From Tubiluchus corallicola (taxonomy: Eukaryota > Animalia > Priapulida): a DNA stretch of 64,000 nt. This document shows, one piece after another, positions 33,627-45,335 of this stretch (the first letter of the stretch is position 1; each line of letters opens with the position of its first letter). The notes beneath the pieces were generated by a model that saw nothing but the letters and a program-made list of their open reading frames with translations, searched no databases and was not told the origin of the DNA. The translations under genes were made by a program, and so were the position numbers. Location of the stretch: assembly GCA_030141605.1 (NCBI GenBank), contig JAQGDQ010000119.1, forward strand, positions 173,652-237,651. Direction: 5' to 3'.

Positions 33627-36600
33627 ATGTCAGATCCAGACATTCAAGTTATAGAATACAATCCCGATGGTTCAGGAGGCGAACATTCGTCAGAGGAGGA
33701 GGGGGAATTCACGTCGCCTCAGATTCAGATTGACGTTGAGAAGGATCATGAGAAATCAGAAGATATGGACAGTATTTTAGAAGATGGTTTAGATATACGT
33801 CCACCACAAACACAGACTCAATCGCGAGCAAGAAAAATGAAAAAGAAAGATAAAGATAGGCGAAAAAATGACTCTCGACATAAAGATCGTGATAAGCATA
33901 GGCACCGTGATAAAGACCGCGTCCGAGAGAAAGATGAAAAGAAACGTGAAAAGGATAAGCAGCGGGAACGGGAACTGCGGCCGTTCATAGAAGAGAAAGA
34001 AAGGAAGGCTGTTGAACGAAAGGATTGGGAAAAAGAGGAACGCCGCAGACGGGAACGAGAAGATGAGCAAAGAGCCCGTAAAGACAGAGAGATTTCTTTC
34101 AAAGACAGGTGAATGTATTTGATAAGACGATAAATTTCCAAAATTAAAAATAATCAATCCAGACTTTGTAATTCATGGATTCTAAATGCCTGTCCTATTT
34201 TTGCACATAATTAAATGCCACAGTAAATAGTTCATTAGTAAATGCTGCCATAATGAAATATTTTAAAAGATTGCTTGTTGCGTACCTTTAATTGTCTCCA
34301 TACACACATTCAAGGCTTTGCCATTTTATGACTTTTTGCAACAACAAGCAAAGTTCTAAGATACCGTGGTACATTATAAAAAAATAACTTAAACCATCTA
34401 CACTGCTTACTAATGTAAGATTACTTTAAAAATAATGTAGCGTACTTGCAGGTTAGATACTTGTTTGGCAATCACACACGTACTGTTACCGTGCCAAAAA
34501 CTTTAAAAATAATGGAAACTCCGCTACAGCTTGGATATTAATCCACACGCATCATGTGAATTGCAAACTATCCAATCATACTAATAAAAAGATGTGGAAC
34601 TCTTGTTCGAACTTTACTCCACTGTTTCTGAGACTCAAATACCTGAAACTTTTTATTACCGTTTTTTATTGACAGAAAAATTCACCTTTGGTCACAGTTA
34701 GCACTGATAAAGAGGCTTCAGGAAGAAGAAATAGTATACAGGCAATATAACTATTAATAGATGAAATACTTACAAATAGTGTTATTATGTTACGTACTAA
34801 TAAGCAAAAGTATAAACTGTGCTACACTAATATGCAAATTGATGAATATATTTTATAGGCCTGTAGCGACACATCGATGCATCATGATACGCTTTGTAAT
34901 GATACGTGTATCGTCAAAATGCACCAGTATAATGTGAATCATTGATGTTTAACTTAAGCTAGACTGTCCGCTGATTAAAACGTTGTGAAATAATTAAAGC
35001 TACAGCTGTAGCATAACAATCAGTGCAGTGAGTTCAGCATATACAGGCAGTTTGACCTTGATACAGGTAGACCTGCTGCTAGCAGCCAGCCAAAGTGAAC
35101 TATGATACGAAGCGGTTGAAAGTGCAGTGTGTTTATAATAATGTATAGTAAGCTAATTACGTTTTTGCTTATAAGTTTCTGAAATGCTTCAAATGTGAAT
35201 TAGAAAACGCACCAGCATGTTTTAAATCAAAAGCATTGAACTGTTTTGCACTTCTGATGGCTTACAATGCAAACAATACAAGAGAAATTAAACAGTTTGC
35301 TGAATTATTTTAACACTTAACAATTTTAAAATGGTTTGATAAATCTGATATATACATATAATATATCAACAACTTAATCTAGGTTTTTATCAGAGCCTGC
35401 AAACATTAACTCAATGTGTATCGTGAGGTTAGTATCACGGTATCCTACTTATTATTTAATCTTTATGATAAATCTGTTTTGTATACTGTATTTGCTAGTT
35501 TTGCACAGAAACTTATATTTAAAGTCAAATCTCTTTGCACCGTATACTTTGGGACTGCAAAAAGTTGGCGTTAAAGTCAGTTTGGCATTATAATGATGTG
35601 CAAAAATACATATATGTCTCTGCAAATATAGACTTTTGTTTTTGCTAAAAATGTGGACGTTAAACGAGGTTAGCATTATGAAGGAGGGCATTACAATGAG
35701 GTTTAATTGTATCTGTTATTATTAGTAGTACCTTTATCATTATTATTGTTTTTTTTATTATTATCATTATCATTATTATTATTATCTTTATTATTATTAT
35801 CATTATCTTTATTATTGTTATTATTATTATTATTATCTTTATTATCATTATTATTATAATTATTATCTTTATTATTATTATTATTATTTATGTATCATAA
35901 CTTTAGTTCTAAAAATATAGTAAAATTTGTTTTGCTCTATCAAATTTAGTTGGTAAAACCAGCATACATGTTAAGCAGATCAAGACACAATTATCCTTTT
36001 ACATGGTTTTTGATGGACTGCTTAAAATGCGAAAATAAACTTTTAAACATCCTTTGTTTCTAACTACCTATAAGGAGTTTTTTTTGTAACTAATTTTTAA
36101 CAATCGTGTTTGAAATTTATGTTGGTTCATTTATTAGTAATAACTCGCATATCAGTTCGTTTTCTAATGTTTACAGCAATTGCAAACTTTCTCTCCATTA
36201 AAATTTTTATATTCCCAATATTTAAGCTAAAAATGCTTATTTTCAACCAGTTACTGTAACTAGTTAATTTATATGTAATGTACCTGCACTCTCTTAGATT
36301 TAATCAATGTCGATTTTTACTGATGCACAAGCCTATATCTTATGCAAGCGTGAAATATAAATTTTTATTGTCTTTTGTGGAACAGAAATTTCATTTAATA
36401 TCACTTTGTCTACATGCATTTTTTCACCACTAAATTGTCAAAACCAAAGGCAACAAAAGTGATATTGCATGCATTATTATAAGCATTTTATTAGAATCAG
36501 CGGCATTTGCAGGAAGCATGCATGCAGCTATTACCAAAAAAGAGCAGTCAACACTTGTAGTAGCATATAATTATAATACAGTCCCACTTGTATATATAAA

Positions 36601-39244
36601 CTTCTATTACATATCTTATTTAAAGGAAAACCGGACGATTGTTTAGACTCAATCTCGTTTTAATTAACTGTCCAAAATATAGATTTTCTTGCCTATTAAC
36701 AATTGCAAGTTAACAATTGTTCCTTATGTTTGAATAATTAGCTTAGAAAGTTAATTAACGGCAACCGAACACAGCTATTGCTTATGCCAGAAACTAACCA
36801 CAGTTTGTGCAATGGCAGGCATCTTCCCTTGCACATCAAGCACGTTTGCGTAAGTGTTACAATATTGCTTAAATGCGTGATGTCACGAAAATGGGCTCTA
36901 GATCATATGACGTCAGAAACTAACACTGCAGTTCATGATTATCATGGTACCACCTATTTATCGGTCACGCAAATGTGACAAAAAGCCGCTGCCAATCTCA
37001 GTAGATTCACCGAGCCGCCTGTATCTTTGAAAGTTTAACAAAATTTGAGTATCCGAGGAAATTACTATTTAATCTGAGCTTTGATTTAAAAAAGCTGTTG
37101 TAGTTTTCAATATTTTAGAGCATTCTTTATTTTGAAATAATGTTTACACAGTCATCCGGTTTTCCTTTAATTGTGAATATTTTTATTAATTTTATATCTA
37201 TTTTGTTTAATTAAGACCTATTGTAGGACCAATTCGTCTTGCACCATTAAGCAGATGAGACAGTAAAACAGTTTTTATTACTTTTTCACTGTTCTTGTCT
37301 CTTTTGTCTCTTTGTTCTAGGCTGTTTTTTGGTGAGCATTTTCTTGTTTTTTGCAGGGAGAGATTGGAGAGGCTAGAGCGTGAACAGCGGTTAAGAGAAC
37401 GGCTTCTCCGTGCTGAAAGAGAAAGAAAGAAGAGAGAAGAACAGCAACGCCAAGAAGAAGAGAGACAGCGGGAACGGAGGCGTAAGGAGAAGTACCAAGA
37501 AAGAGATGCCAGAAAAGACAGACTTGAGCGGAGAAGTAGAAGTCGAGAGAAGCAGGTCAAGGAAGCCACCCCAGTTGTGAAGAAACCATCTCCTATTGAG
37601 GTGACAGTTGTCCCAGAGCGGAGTCCCACTCCACTTAAAGAGGAACACGAAGTCGTCGAGGAGGTTGACTATCATAGCGAACATGAGCCGGAGGGCTCAG
37701 AAGATGGAGAACTTGCAGAGAAGGTTAATATAGAAGAAGAACCAGTGGAGCAGACAGCAGCAGTAGATGAGACACAGGACAAGAAAAGAAAAAAGAAGCA
37801 CCGGCGTAAACGCAAAGAAACTACCAGTGAACCAGAAAGTGAAAGTGATCAAGAGCAAGTAGCAGAAGAAGGTAGTGAAGAAAGCAGCATCGGCAACAGT
37901 AGTGATACTGTGTCGTCGGAGTCAGAAAGTGATTCAAGTGATATTAGTAAAGACGAAAGCGATGAGGAACATCGTGATGAGCATTCTCCTGTATCTAGTC
38001 CGCCCGGCGTCAAGCAGTCAAAGTATGATTCTGATCGCAGCCCGTCTGATCACGGGTCGCCTCACGATGATGATTACCTAGACGATTCCCCACCTACCTC
38101 TCCAGTGGAACTGGCGCCTCAGTTGCCACCATATTACCCAGCTGTTCAAGGTTGTCGAAGTGTGGAGGAGTTTCATTGTCTGAATCGAATAGAAGAAGGA
38201 ACTTATGGTGTTGTTTACCGTGCGAGAGACAAGAAAACAAATGAGATTGTCGCTTTGAAGCGCCTCAAAATGGAAAAGGAGAAAGAGGGATTTCCTATCA
38301 CGTCGCTTCGTGAGATAAACACATTGCTGAAAGCGCAGCATCCCAATATCGTCACTGTCAGAGAAATAGTTGTGGGCAGCAATATGGACAAGATTTACAT
38401 TGTGATGGATTACGTGGAACATGATCTCAAGAGTCTCATGGAGACGATGAAAAATCCATTTCTAGTCGGTGAAGTTAAGACTTTGTTGCTTCAGCTGCTG
38501 CGAGCCGTTGTGCATCTCCATGACAACTGGATTCTGCACCGCGATCTCAAGACATCCAACCTTCTCCTCAGCCACAAGGGCATCTTGAAAGTTGGCGACT
38601 TTGGGCTGGCCCGTGAGTATGGTTCCCCGTTAAAGCATTACACTCCCATAGTGGTGACGTTGTGGTACCGGGCTCCAGAACTACTGTTGGGCGTAAAGGA
38701 GTATTCGACAAAGATTGACATGTGGTCTGTTGGCTGCATCTTTGCCGAGCTTCTGCTCATGAAACCGCTGTTTCCCGGAAAATCAGAAATAGATCAGCTC
38801 AATCGAATTTTCAAGGATCTTGGTACACCGTCTGAGAAAATTTGGACTGGTTATAATGAACTGCCAGCTGTGAAAAAATGCACGTTTGTCAATTATCCAT
38901 ACAATACGCTTCGCTCAAAGTTGCCGACGATATTATCTGACAACGGTTTTGATTTGCTTAATCGTTTCCTGACGTACGATCCAAAGCGAAGAATACCAGC
39001 CGACGAAGCATTGACTCATAGATTCTTCAGTGATACCCCATTGCCAGTAGAACCATCTATGTTTCCCACGTGGCCAGCAAAAAGTGAGCAGATGCCTCGC
39101 AAGCGTGGGAGCAGTCCCAAACCGCCATCTGGTGGGAAGAATTTTAAGGATCTTGGCGACGATATGCCTAGTGGTGGTTTTCACATTCCAGTAGCACAGC
39201 ACGGTGTATCTAAAACCGGTATCGGTTTCAATTTGAAATTCTGA
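33627..39244 (+). CDS. CDK11: Cyclin-dependent kinase 11 (PITSLRE, p110-like), 2 coding exons, 789 aa
   Basis: Exon 33627-34108 (donor AG|gtgaat) joins exon 37357-39244 (acceptor ttgcag|G) in frame. The protein has an RE/RD-rich N-terminus, an acidic region, and kinase motifs [39 protein letters not shown] and [10 protein letters not shown], ending [10 protein letters not shown]...GFNLKF. An acceptor ttattag at 33620 implies an upstream 5'UTR exon. Confidence 0.97.
34856..35447 (+). mobile_element. hAT MITE family C (CDK11 intron)
   Basis: TAGGCCTG left end; body nearly colinear with 39382-40040. Confidence 0.75.
35715..35888. repeat. (TTA/TCA)n microsatellite
   Basis: Visible run; produces the spurious poly-Ile ORF. 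Confidence 0.9.
36624..37166 (+). mobile_element. TTAA-flanked MITE family D (Kolobok-like AGG...CCT termini)
   Basis: TTAA|AGGAAAACCGGA...TCCGGTTTTCCT|TTAA; four copies in the window. Confidence 0.85.
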
Positions 39245-39381
39245 TTTCAGTTAGTTGTACGTTTGCACCACTGTGTGTTGCCACATGTGTAATATTTTGT
39301 ATATTTTCACCACTATATATGTATCATGACATGAACATACATTTTTAAACACTGATGGCTTAGAATATTTATATGATATTG

Positions 39382-40040
39382 TAGGTCTATAACAATACAT
39401 CGTGATATCTTTGTTGACGATACGTGTATCATCAAAGTGATCCAGTATCGCGATAATCTGAATCATTGATGTTTAACATAAGCTTGACAGCCTACTGATA
39501 AAAACAGTGTGAAATAATTCAAGCTACAGCTGTAGAATGTACTTTAGTTACCTAGCAAGACAGCGTTTAACTCCAAGGTCACAATCAGTGCAGTGAGGGC
39601 AACATTAGCAGAGGAGCAGACTTGACCCTGACACAGCAGAACTGCTGCTAACAACCTGCCAAAGCGAAGCGGTTGAAAGCACAATGTGTTTGTAATAATA
39701 TATGTAGTAGCAAATTACGTTTTTGCTTGTGAGTTTCTGAAATGGCTTGCAGCAAATATGGACTATAAAATGCACCAGCATATTTTAAATCAAAAGCATT
39801 GAAGTGCTTGCATTTCTGGTGGCTTACAATGCAAACAATACAAGAGAAATCAAACAGTTTGCTGAATTATTTTAACACTTAACAATCTTAAGGTAATTGT
39901 GTGTGTGTGTGTGTGTGCGTGCGTGCGTGCGTGTGTGTTAGATTAAGCAACAACTCAATCTAGTTTTTATTAAAGCCTGCAAACGTTAACTCAAGGTGTA
40001 TCGTGAGGTTAGTATTGTGATATGTATCATTACAGCCTGA
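39382..40040 (+). mobile_element. hAT MITE family C (downstream of the CDK11 stop, probable 3'UTR)
   Basis: Perfect 8-bp TSD TGATATTG; contains a (GT)n/(GCGT)n tract at about 39898-39937. Confidence 0.85.
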
Positions 40041-41198
40041 TGATATTGGTAATTTCTCATTTATGCTATGGGGCACTGTGATGTAAAATACGTTGAACAG
40101 CAATTGTTTAATAATACAAACAAATTTATTTCTTATAACCCCTTAGGATGTACTATAAAACTGACAAGTCCAGAAATTTCTGTGAATAACAGGAATCTGT
40201 ATAAAGGTATTGTAAAGAATATTACAATGTTAGGAAATGTGCATTGCGGAATAATTAATGCTACATAAGTGTAACATTGTCCCTTATTAATTCAGCATTA
40301 AATCTTATGTTAGCACACTAACTTTATGTATGATTAATTTGTCTTATTCTGTAGTAGTGTATAATTTTTGCAATAAAGGTTTTTATATATTATGTATGTA
40401 TATAAAACAATGGTATTTTTTGTAAAAAGAAATGCCTATTTTGTTTTCTATTGTGCTGCGGCACTTGCTGTAATTTTGAATTGTACAGCCTCATAAGCGT
40501 AGTTCTTTGAACTAAATTCTCTTCAAGCTAGGCATTTGTTAGATTTTCCAGGAACTGCAATGCTTCGCCATGATTTAGTGCTTTTTACTATGTCATGGTA
40601 GTTATCAAGTGAACTTACCTCATCTGTGAAAAACGTAATACATGTTAATTTACGTATTTTGGCTCTAATTTAATGATATACTATACACGTATGTAAAACA
40701 GCTGGGACAATCAGCATCTGGTGAGAGCAAAATAAAGAATTAATTAGTACATTAACGTGGTTTATCTTGGCAAAGTAAATTAATGTGTCATCAGCATTGC
40801 CAATGCTTGCTCTTATAACAGTAACAACCAAAAAAGGTATAAAGACCTCAAAAAATACAGCCATGAGGTGACTAACTATATACTTTCGATTTTCTAAACC
40901 AACATTATTTCATGGAATGGTTGACAATTTTACGCTCACTTGCTCTATACCGGGGACTACTAAATATACACTGTCTTTTCATTTATTTTGTAGTCCCTGG
41001 CTGGACGCACACGAACCTGTCAATAATCTTGCATTTTAGTTAACGTTTCCGTTGATAGATGGCGATAACTACCTGATCGTGTAAGTCTACAACAATCGTG
41101 TGCGTAGAAGCAGTCTTAATTTTACTCTTATTAAAATATTTCTTACGTACATATTACTATACAAATTTACGCTTCTCGTTAGTAACCATTAATATGAT

Positions 41199-41901
41199 TG
41201 GGTGTGAGCATCGAACGTGATTCGAACGAGTTTTTTTACTTCGAATTCGATTCGAACCTAAAATTATAAATTTAAATAATTCAGCACTTCAGCCCCATAT
41301 ATATGTTTGAAAACAGCATGCAATTAGAATAATTTAGCTGCAGTTTCTGTGCAAAATTTTTAACAAACTAATAGTGGTTGTACTGCAGAACAAAATCAAG
41401 TAACATGCATGATCTTTATAAGAACAATTTTTACTGTTCTTCTTCAAAATCTCATTCCACCCGTTCTAGGCATTAAGGTATCAACACTTATTAGAGTATT
41501 CCACCTACTTCTATCTGCAGCTAACAGCGCAAGTTCTTCTACTCCTAAAGATAGATTTGGTTGAAGTTGTTGAATATCTTTATTTATCTTAGCTATCCAA
41601 GTTGTTTTAGGTTTTACCAGGTGGTTTTTGCAAGGTTTTAAAGTTTCGTGTAAGGCGATTCTTACTAGCACTTCATTTGGTAATCTTAGAAGATGTCCTA
41701 GCCATTTAAATCTTCGGAACTCCAATAAATTTCTTTTGTTCTGGTGTGTAAATCTACTTTTTACTAATGGTTCGAAAACTTGTTCGAAAATCTTTCAAAC
41801 TCAATTCAGATTCGATTGGAATTTGAAATTCGGTTTGATTCGAATTCGAAAGCCACAAATTCGATTCGAATTCGCATTCTGGTAGGAAATGTTCACCCCT
41901 A
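41199..41901 (+). mobile_element. hAT MITE family A copy carrying an RTE LINE insertion
   Basis: Family A termini with TSD aatatgat/attatgat; foreign sequence at about 41437-41753. Confidence 0.85.
41437..41753 (-). mobile_element. RTE-clade LINE, 5'-truncated 3' end
   Basis: RRFKWLGHLLRLP...KPKTTW...AADRSRWN motif, a (GAA)n tail, and the duplicated target tttttact on both sides. Confidence 0.85.
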
Positions 41902-42055
41902 ATTATGATCCTCACTTTTCGAGGAAATCAATCTTAACATTTTCCTGAAAAGCAAAAACATCAGCCATCAGCTTATGAACTATTACATGCATGGCTCGAG
42001 TGTATAACAAGATTTTAAAAGCAATGCCAAATTAGCCTAAACAACAAAAACTCAA

Positions 42056-42267
42056 TGACCCACGTTCGTAGAGCTATTCGGCGTCAAACAGAATCTTTAA
42101 AAGATGCTTAGGTTTAACACGAAGCAGAAGAATGTTGAAATCGTTCCAGGGCTGAACTAACCTATAACTTTTTCAGGAATACAGGCTAGCACGCCCTGGA
42201 ACAACCTCATCACTCGCTGTTGTCCACTTATCGCTTCGGTTCTCGTCCACGTACGTTTCAACTGTCA
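42056..42267 (-). ncRNA. Candidate structured hairpin RNA (pre-miRNA/hpRNA-like)
   Basis: Long stem with about 7 G-U pairs that form only on the minus strand. The core hairpin spans 42130-42215 and a T5 run follows on the minus strand (42046-42050). Family not recognised. Confidence 0.35.
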
Positions 42268-43149
42268 AACTCTAATGATGATGTGAAGTTAGACATTTTA
42301 CCATCTACATTTAGGTTGCTCCCACAACTAGACTCGTAGGCACTTAAAGCTTATCAGTCATCACAGTGAGTGAGAATCTTGAACTGGAGGGTGTAAGACT
42401 TGTAAGTCTTTCCCTTCCCGCTGCTTAAAGTGAGTTTTTCCAAGAAATTATTAACATGCAATGGCCATTAATTGATTATTGTTACAACAATAATTTATTT
42501 ACATCATTAAACCAATTAATAAGCAAAAACAAAGATTTGTAGCAATTTCACAGCACAAAAATTTAATAAATTATCATTAATAAATATGGGGATCAAGAAA
42601 CCTACTGGCTTATTAAAGCCACTAATAATGATCTATATTAATAAGTCAATAAAATGTATTAATAAATGTCCACATAAAACAGCAGATGATAATTTGACGT
42701 TAGTGTATACTAAAAGAAACGAGAAAGGGGACACATTGTAATGTAAATTACTTACACATATTTACAATAATTATAAGAAATATAGTTTAATAGTTTATTG
42801 AGCATACAGCATAAAGAGAGAAAAACACATTGATCCTGCACATAGGATGGAACGACTCAAACGTAGTAGGACGATAATACCAAAAAAACACCATAATAAC
42901 AAAAGCACAATGACAACACATAAAAACAAGAATAGTAAAAACAAATTTTGTATCCTGCGAGTTCAAATTATTTGCTGTACTGTTTCTCTTCCCTTTTCTT
43001 ACTGATGTCGTGTATAAAATTTATTACTAAGTTTCTCATCTCTACATCATTTAGGCCATTACGTCATACATTAATAAACAATTGTTCACTTACAGGCATA
43101 TCTGCAAAAGGAGGATATTTTTTTAAAATATTTTCAAATACCACTTTTC

Positions 43150-43420
43150 TCCCATTTTGTTAAGCAGGACATGTCATACAAACATGATTTCATCTTCCAC
43201 TGGATCCATCTCACACATTTTACATATTCTTTGGTGAGCAGGTTTTTTTTGGTTTATGATACCTCCCCCTCTCAACATCCAATTTGTTCGCACTAATCTA
43301 AATGTAGTGTACATATACGTTCGCTTAGAATTGGATTATTACACATAAGCAAATATTCTCCCAAACAGTATAAAGTTTTAAAGAGCCTATAAGTTCAAAG
43401 TTTGTTACCCCCGCCATCAT
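43150..43420 (-). mobile_element. Second RTE-X-like ORF2 C-terminal remnant
   Basis: The minus strand reads ANKLDVERGRYHKPK/PAHQRICKMCEMDPVEDE with frameshifts. Confidence 0.62.
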
Positions 43421-43739
43421 TGTTGTCGTTATAAATTTTTTTCAAAAAATAATCATTAAAGAAAGTAGCACATTGCCATTCAAAAAATGACAAGGTGATT
43501 TTATCAACTATACTGCTGGAGTAGAGAGTATCGATACATTCTTTTAAATTTTGAGACTGATGACAAATTTCGGGTTAGCATGGTTCCATAGGACAGAATT
43601 GTGGTGTTTAATTGAAAACTTTCGAAGATTAGTAGTATTGATTTTTGCGTCCATACAACGAGCGTCCATACAACAAAATTTTACATACAAATGTGAACAA
43701 ACGTAACTACAGTACATTGAATAGTGATATTGCGTCATA

Positions 43740-44125
43740 CAAGTTAGTTTGCCTTCAGTATTTAAAAAGTAAAAGTCTGGAACAAAACGTGTGATTGTAT
43801 TTTCAAGGAAGTTGCGGGTGGTGTTATGTTTAGAGCCAAATAGAATAAAATGGCATTCGTCACCGACTTCGTTACACTTGGCACGTAGACGCTCCTCTCG
43901 AGGAATAGGTCTTATATACCGCCCAGTTTCTATACGCAGTGAGTGAGCGCTTGTTCTAAGCTTAGTCAGTGCAATACGATCTTTAACACTCTTTGCGTTT
44001 ACCAAATAAGAGTCGAATTAAAAGAAGTTTTTAATTTACTGTAAAATGATAACTTTGACATTTCGGCTAGTGAATTTTTCCAATTGGTAACATAATTTTT
44101 AATGTCATTTAATGTCCATTTCCTA
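43740..44125 (-). mobile_element. Non-LTR retrotransposon ORF2 C-terminal zinc-knuckle remnant (RTE-X-like)
   Basis: RIALTKLRTSAHSLRIETGRY...REERL..KCNEVGDECHFIL motif. Confidence 0.75.
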
Positions 44126-44129
44126 AGCA

Positions 44130-44545
44130 CAGAAAATGACATTTAAGGCAGAAACCAACAAGCAATGCATGCTTTTCTTCAGCACAAGAATGTGTTAACC
44201 AGCAAGAAATCAAGTCTTAACATAAGACTTCGATTATTTAATGCTTACGCTACCAGCATATTTATGTACAACAGCGAAACTTGGGGTTTAACGATTACTC
44301 AAGAAAAGCAGATTGACACATTTCATAGAAGTCTTGGAAAAATTTTAAAGATAAGACGGCCATACGTAATCAAAAATTAAGATTTACACACCAGAACAAA
44401 AGAAATTTATTGGAGTTCAAAAGTCAAGATCCGAAGATTAAGATGCCTAGGATATCTTCTAAGATTACCAAATGAAGCTCCAGTAAGAATCGCCTTAAAG
44501 GAAGCCTTAAACCCTTCCAAAACACCACCTGGTGAATCTAAAACA
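44130..44545 (+). mobile_element. RTE-clade LINE fragment (same family as 41437-41753)
   Basis: RLRLFNAYATSIFMYNSETWGLT...LGKILKI...RRLRCLGYLLRLPNEAPVRIAL; overlapping DNA similarity with 41620-41755. Confidence 0.82.
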
Positions 44546-44799
44546 AATGTATAAGTTCCAAATACATACTAATACTAGTATTGTTAATTTAAGACTTTTA
44601 TAATAAAACTTTATTTTTGTTGAATAACTTTTAAAGGAAGAGTAACTCACTATTGAGAAGAATAATTAACAATTTAAATTTTTGATTATGTATTCAGACA
44701 GTTCTAAGAAAAACTTAAACTAACAAGTAGTTAAAATTCATTTCTGTGCCATCGGCAGACTTCGAAAACGATTCAACAAGACGGATGATCGAAAAACGT

Positions 44800-45335
44800 C
44801 TAAATACAATGTACGGTTACAGGTTTACGGGGCATGGCTACTTTCATCAAAAGTAAGCTTCCACTCCTCTTGGAGCCAATATTAAATCCAAGAACACACA
44901 ATATTAAACAAGCACGCACTAATAACAAATACGACAACAATTCTGTCACTAAACAAGGAGTTCAACTTTGGAATACTCTGCCATCTAATTTAAAACAAAT
45001 TAAGTCTTTTGACGAATTCAAATCAAAATTAAAAATACATACATTAAAACGCTTTGAAAATCCTACATACGTAAACGATAATATATATTCATCCGCAAAT
45101 TTTATTAACCCACGTCCATTTTAAATTGTATGGATATATAGTATATAGTCTATTATAATTTTCGTGTAACATTATAATGTATATTTTGTTTTAAATTTTT
45201 GGCACAGTAGTTTTTAGTTTGCACTGGACGCATTTGCCTTTAACAGTTGTGTGAATTTTATTCTCATGCTGCGATGTTCTTTTATGCTTTTATAGTTATG
45301 AATATCGATTTTTTATAGCAAATAAAGATTATTAT
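44800..45335 (+). mobile_element. L2/Crack-like LINE 3' end
   Basis: HNIKQARTN...GVQLWNTLPSNLKQIKSFDEFKSKLK motif, then an AT-rich 3'UTR ending aataaagattattat. Confidence 0.72.

Noticed and set aside
35660-35848. Poly-Ile membrane-like ORF (also the Leu/Ser-rich ORF at 62855-63202)
   Set aside because: Translations of simple repeats.
33789-39202. Antisense and alternate-frame ORFs over CDK11 (likewise 18238-18763 over IQCA1 and 29965-30300 over the zinc-finger gene)
   Set aside because: Shadow ORFs of real coding exons with biased composition.
42130-42215. SECIS element or C/D-box snoRNA reading of the hairpin (GTGATGA...CTGA)
   Set aside because: The AUGA-to-AA spacing and GA quartet do not fit a SECIS, and no selenoprotein CDS is adjacent. 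The C and D boxes are internal to a long stem rather than terminal.
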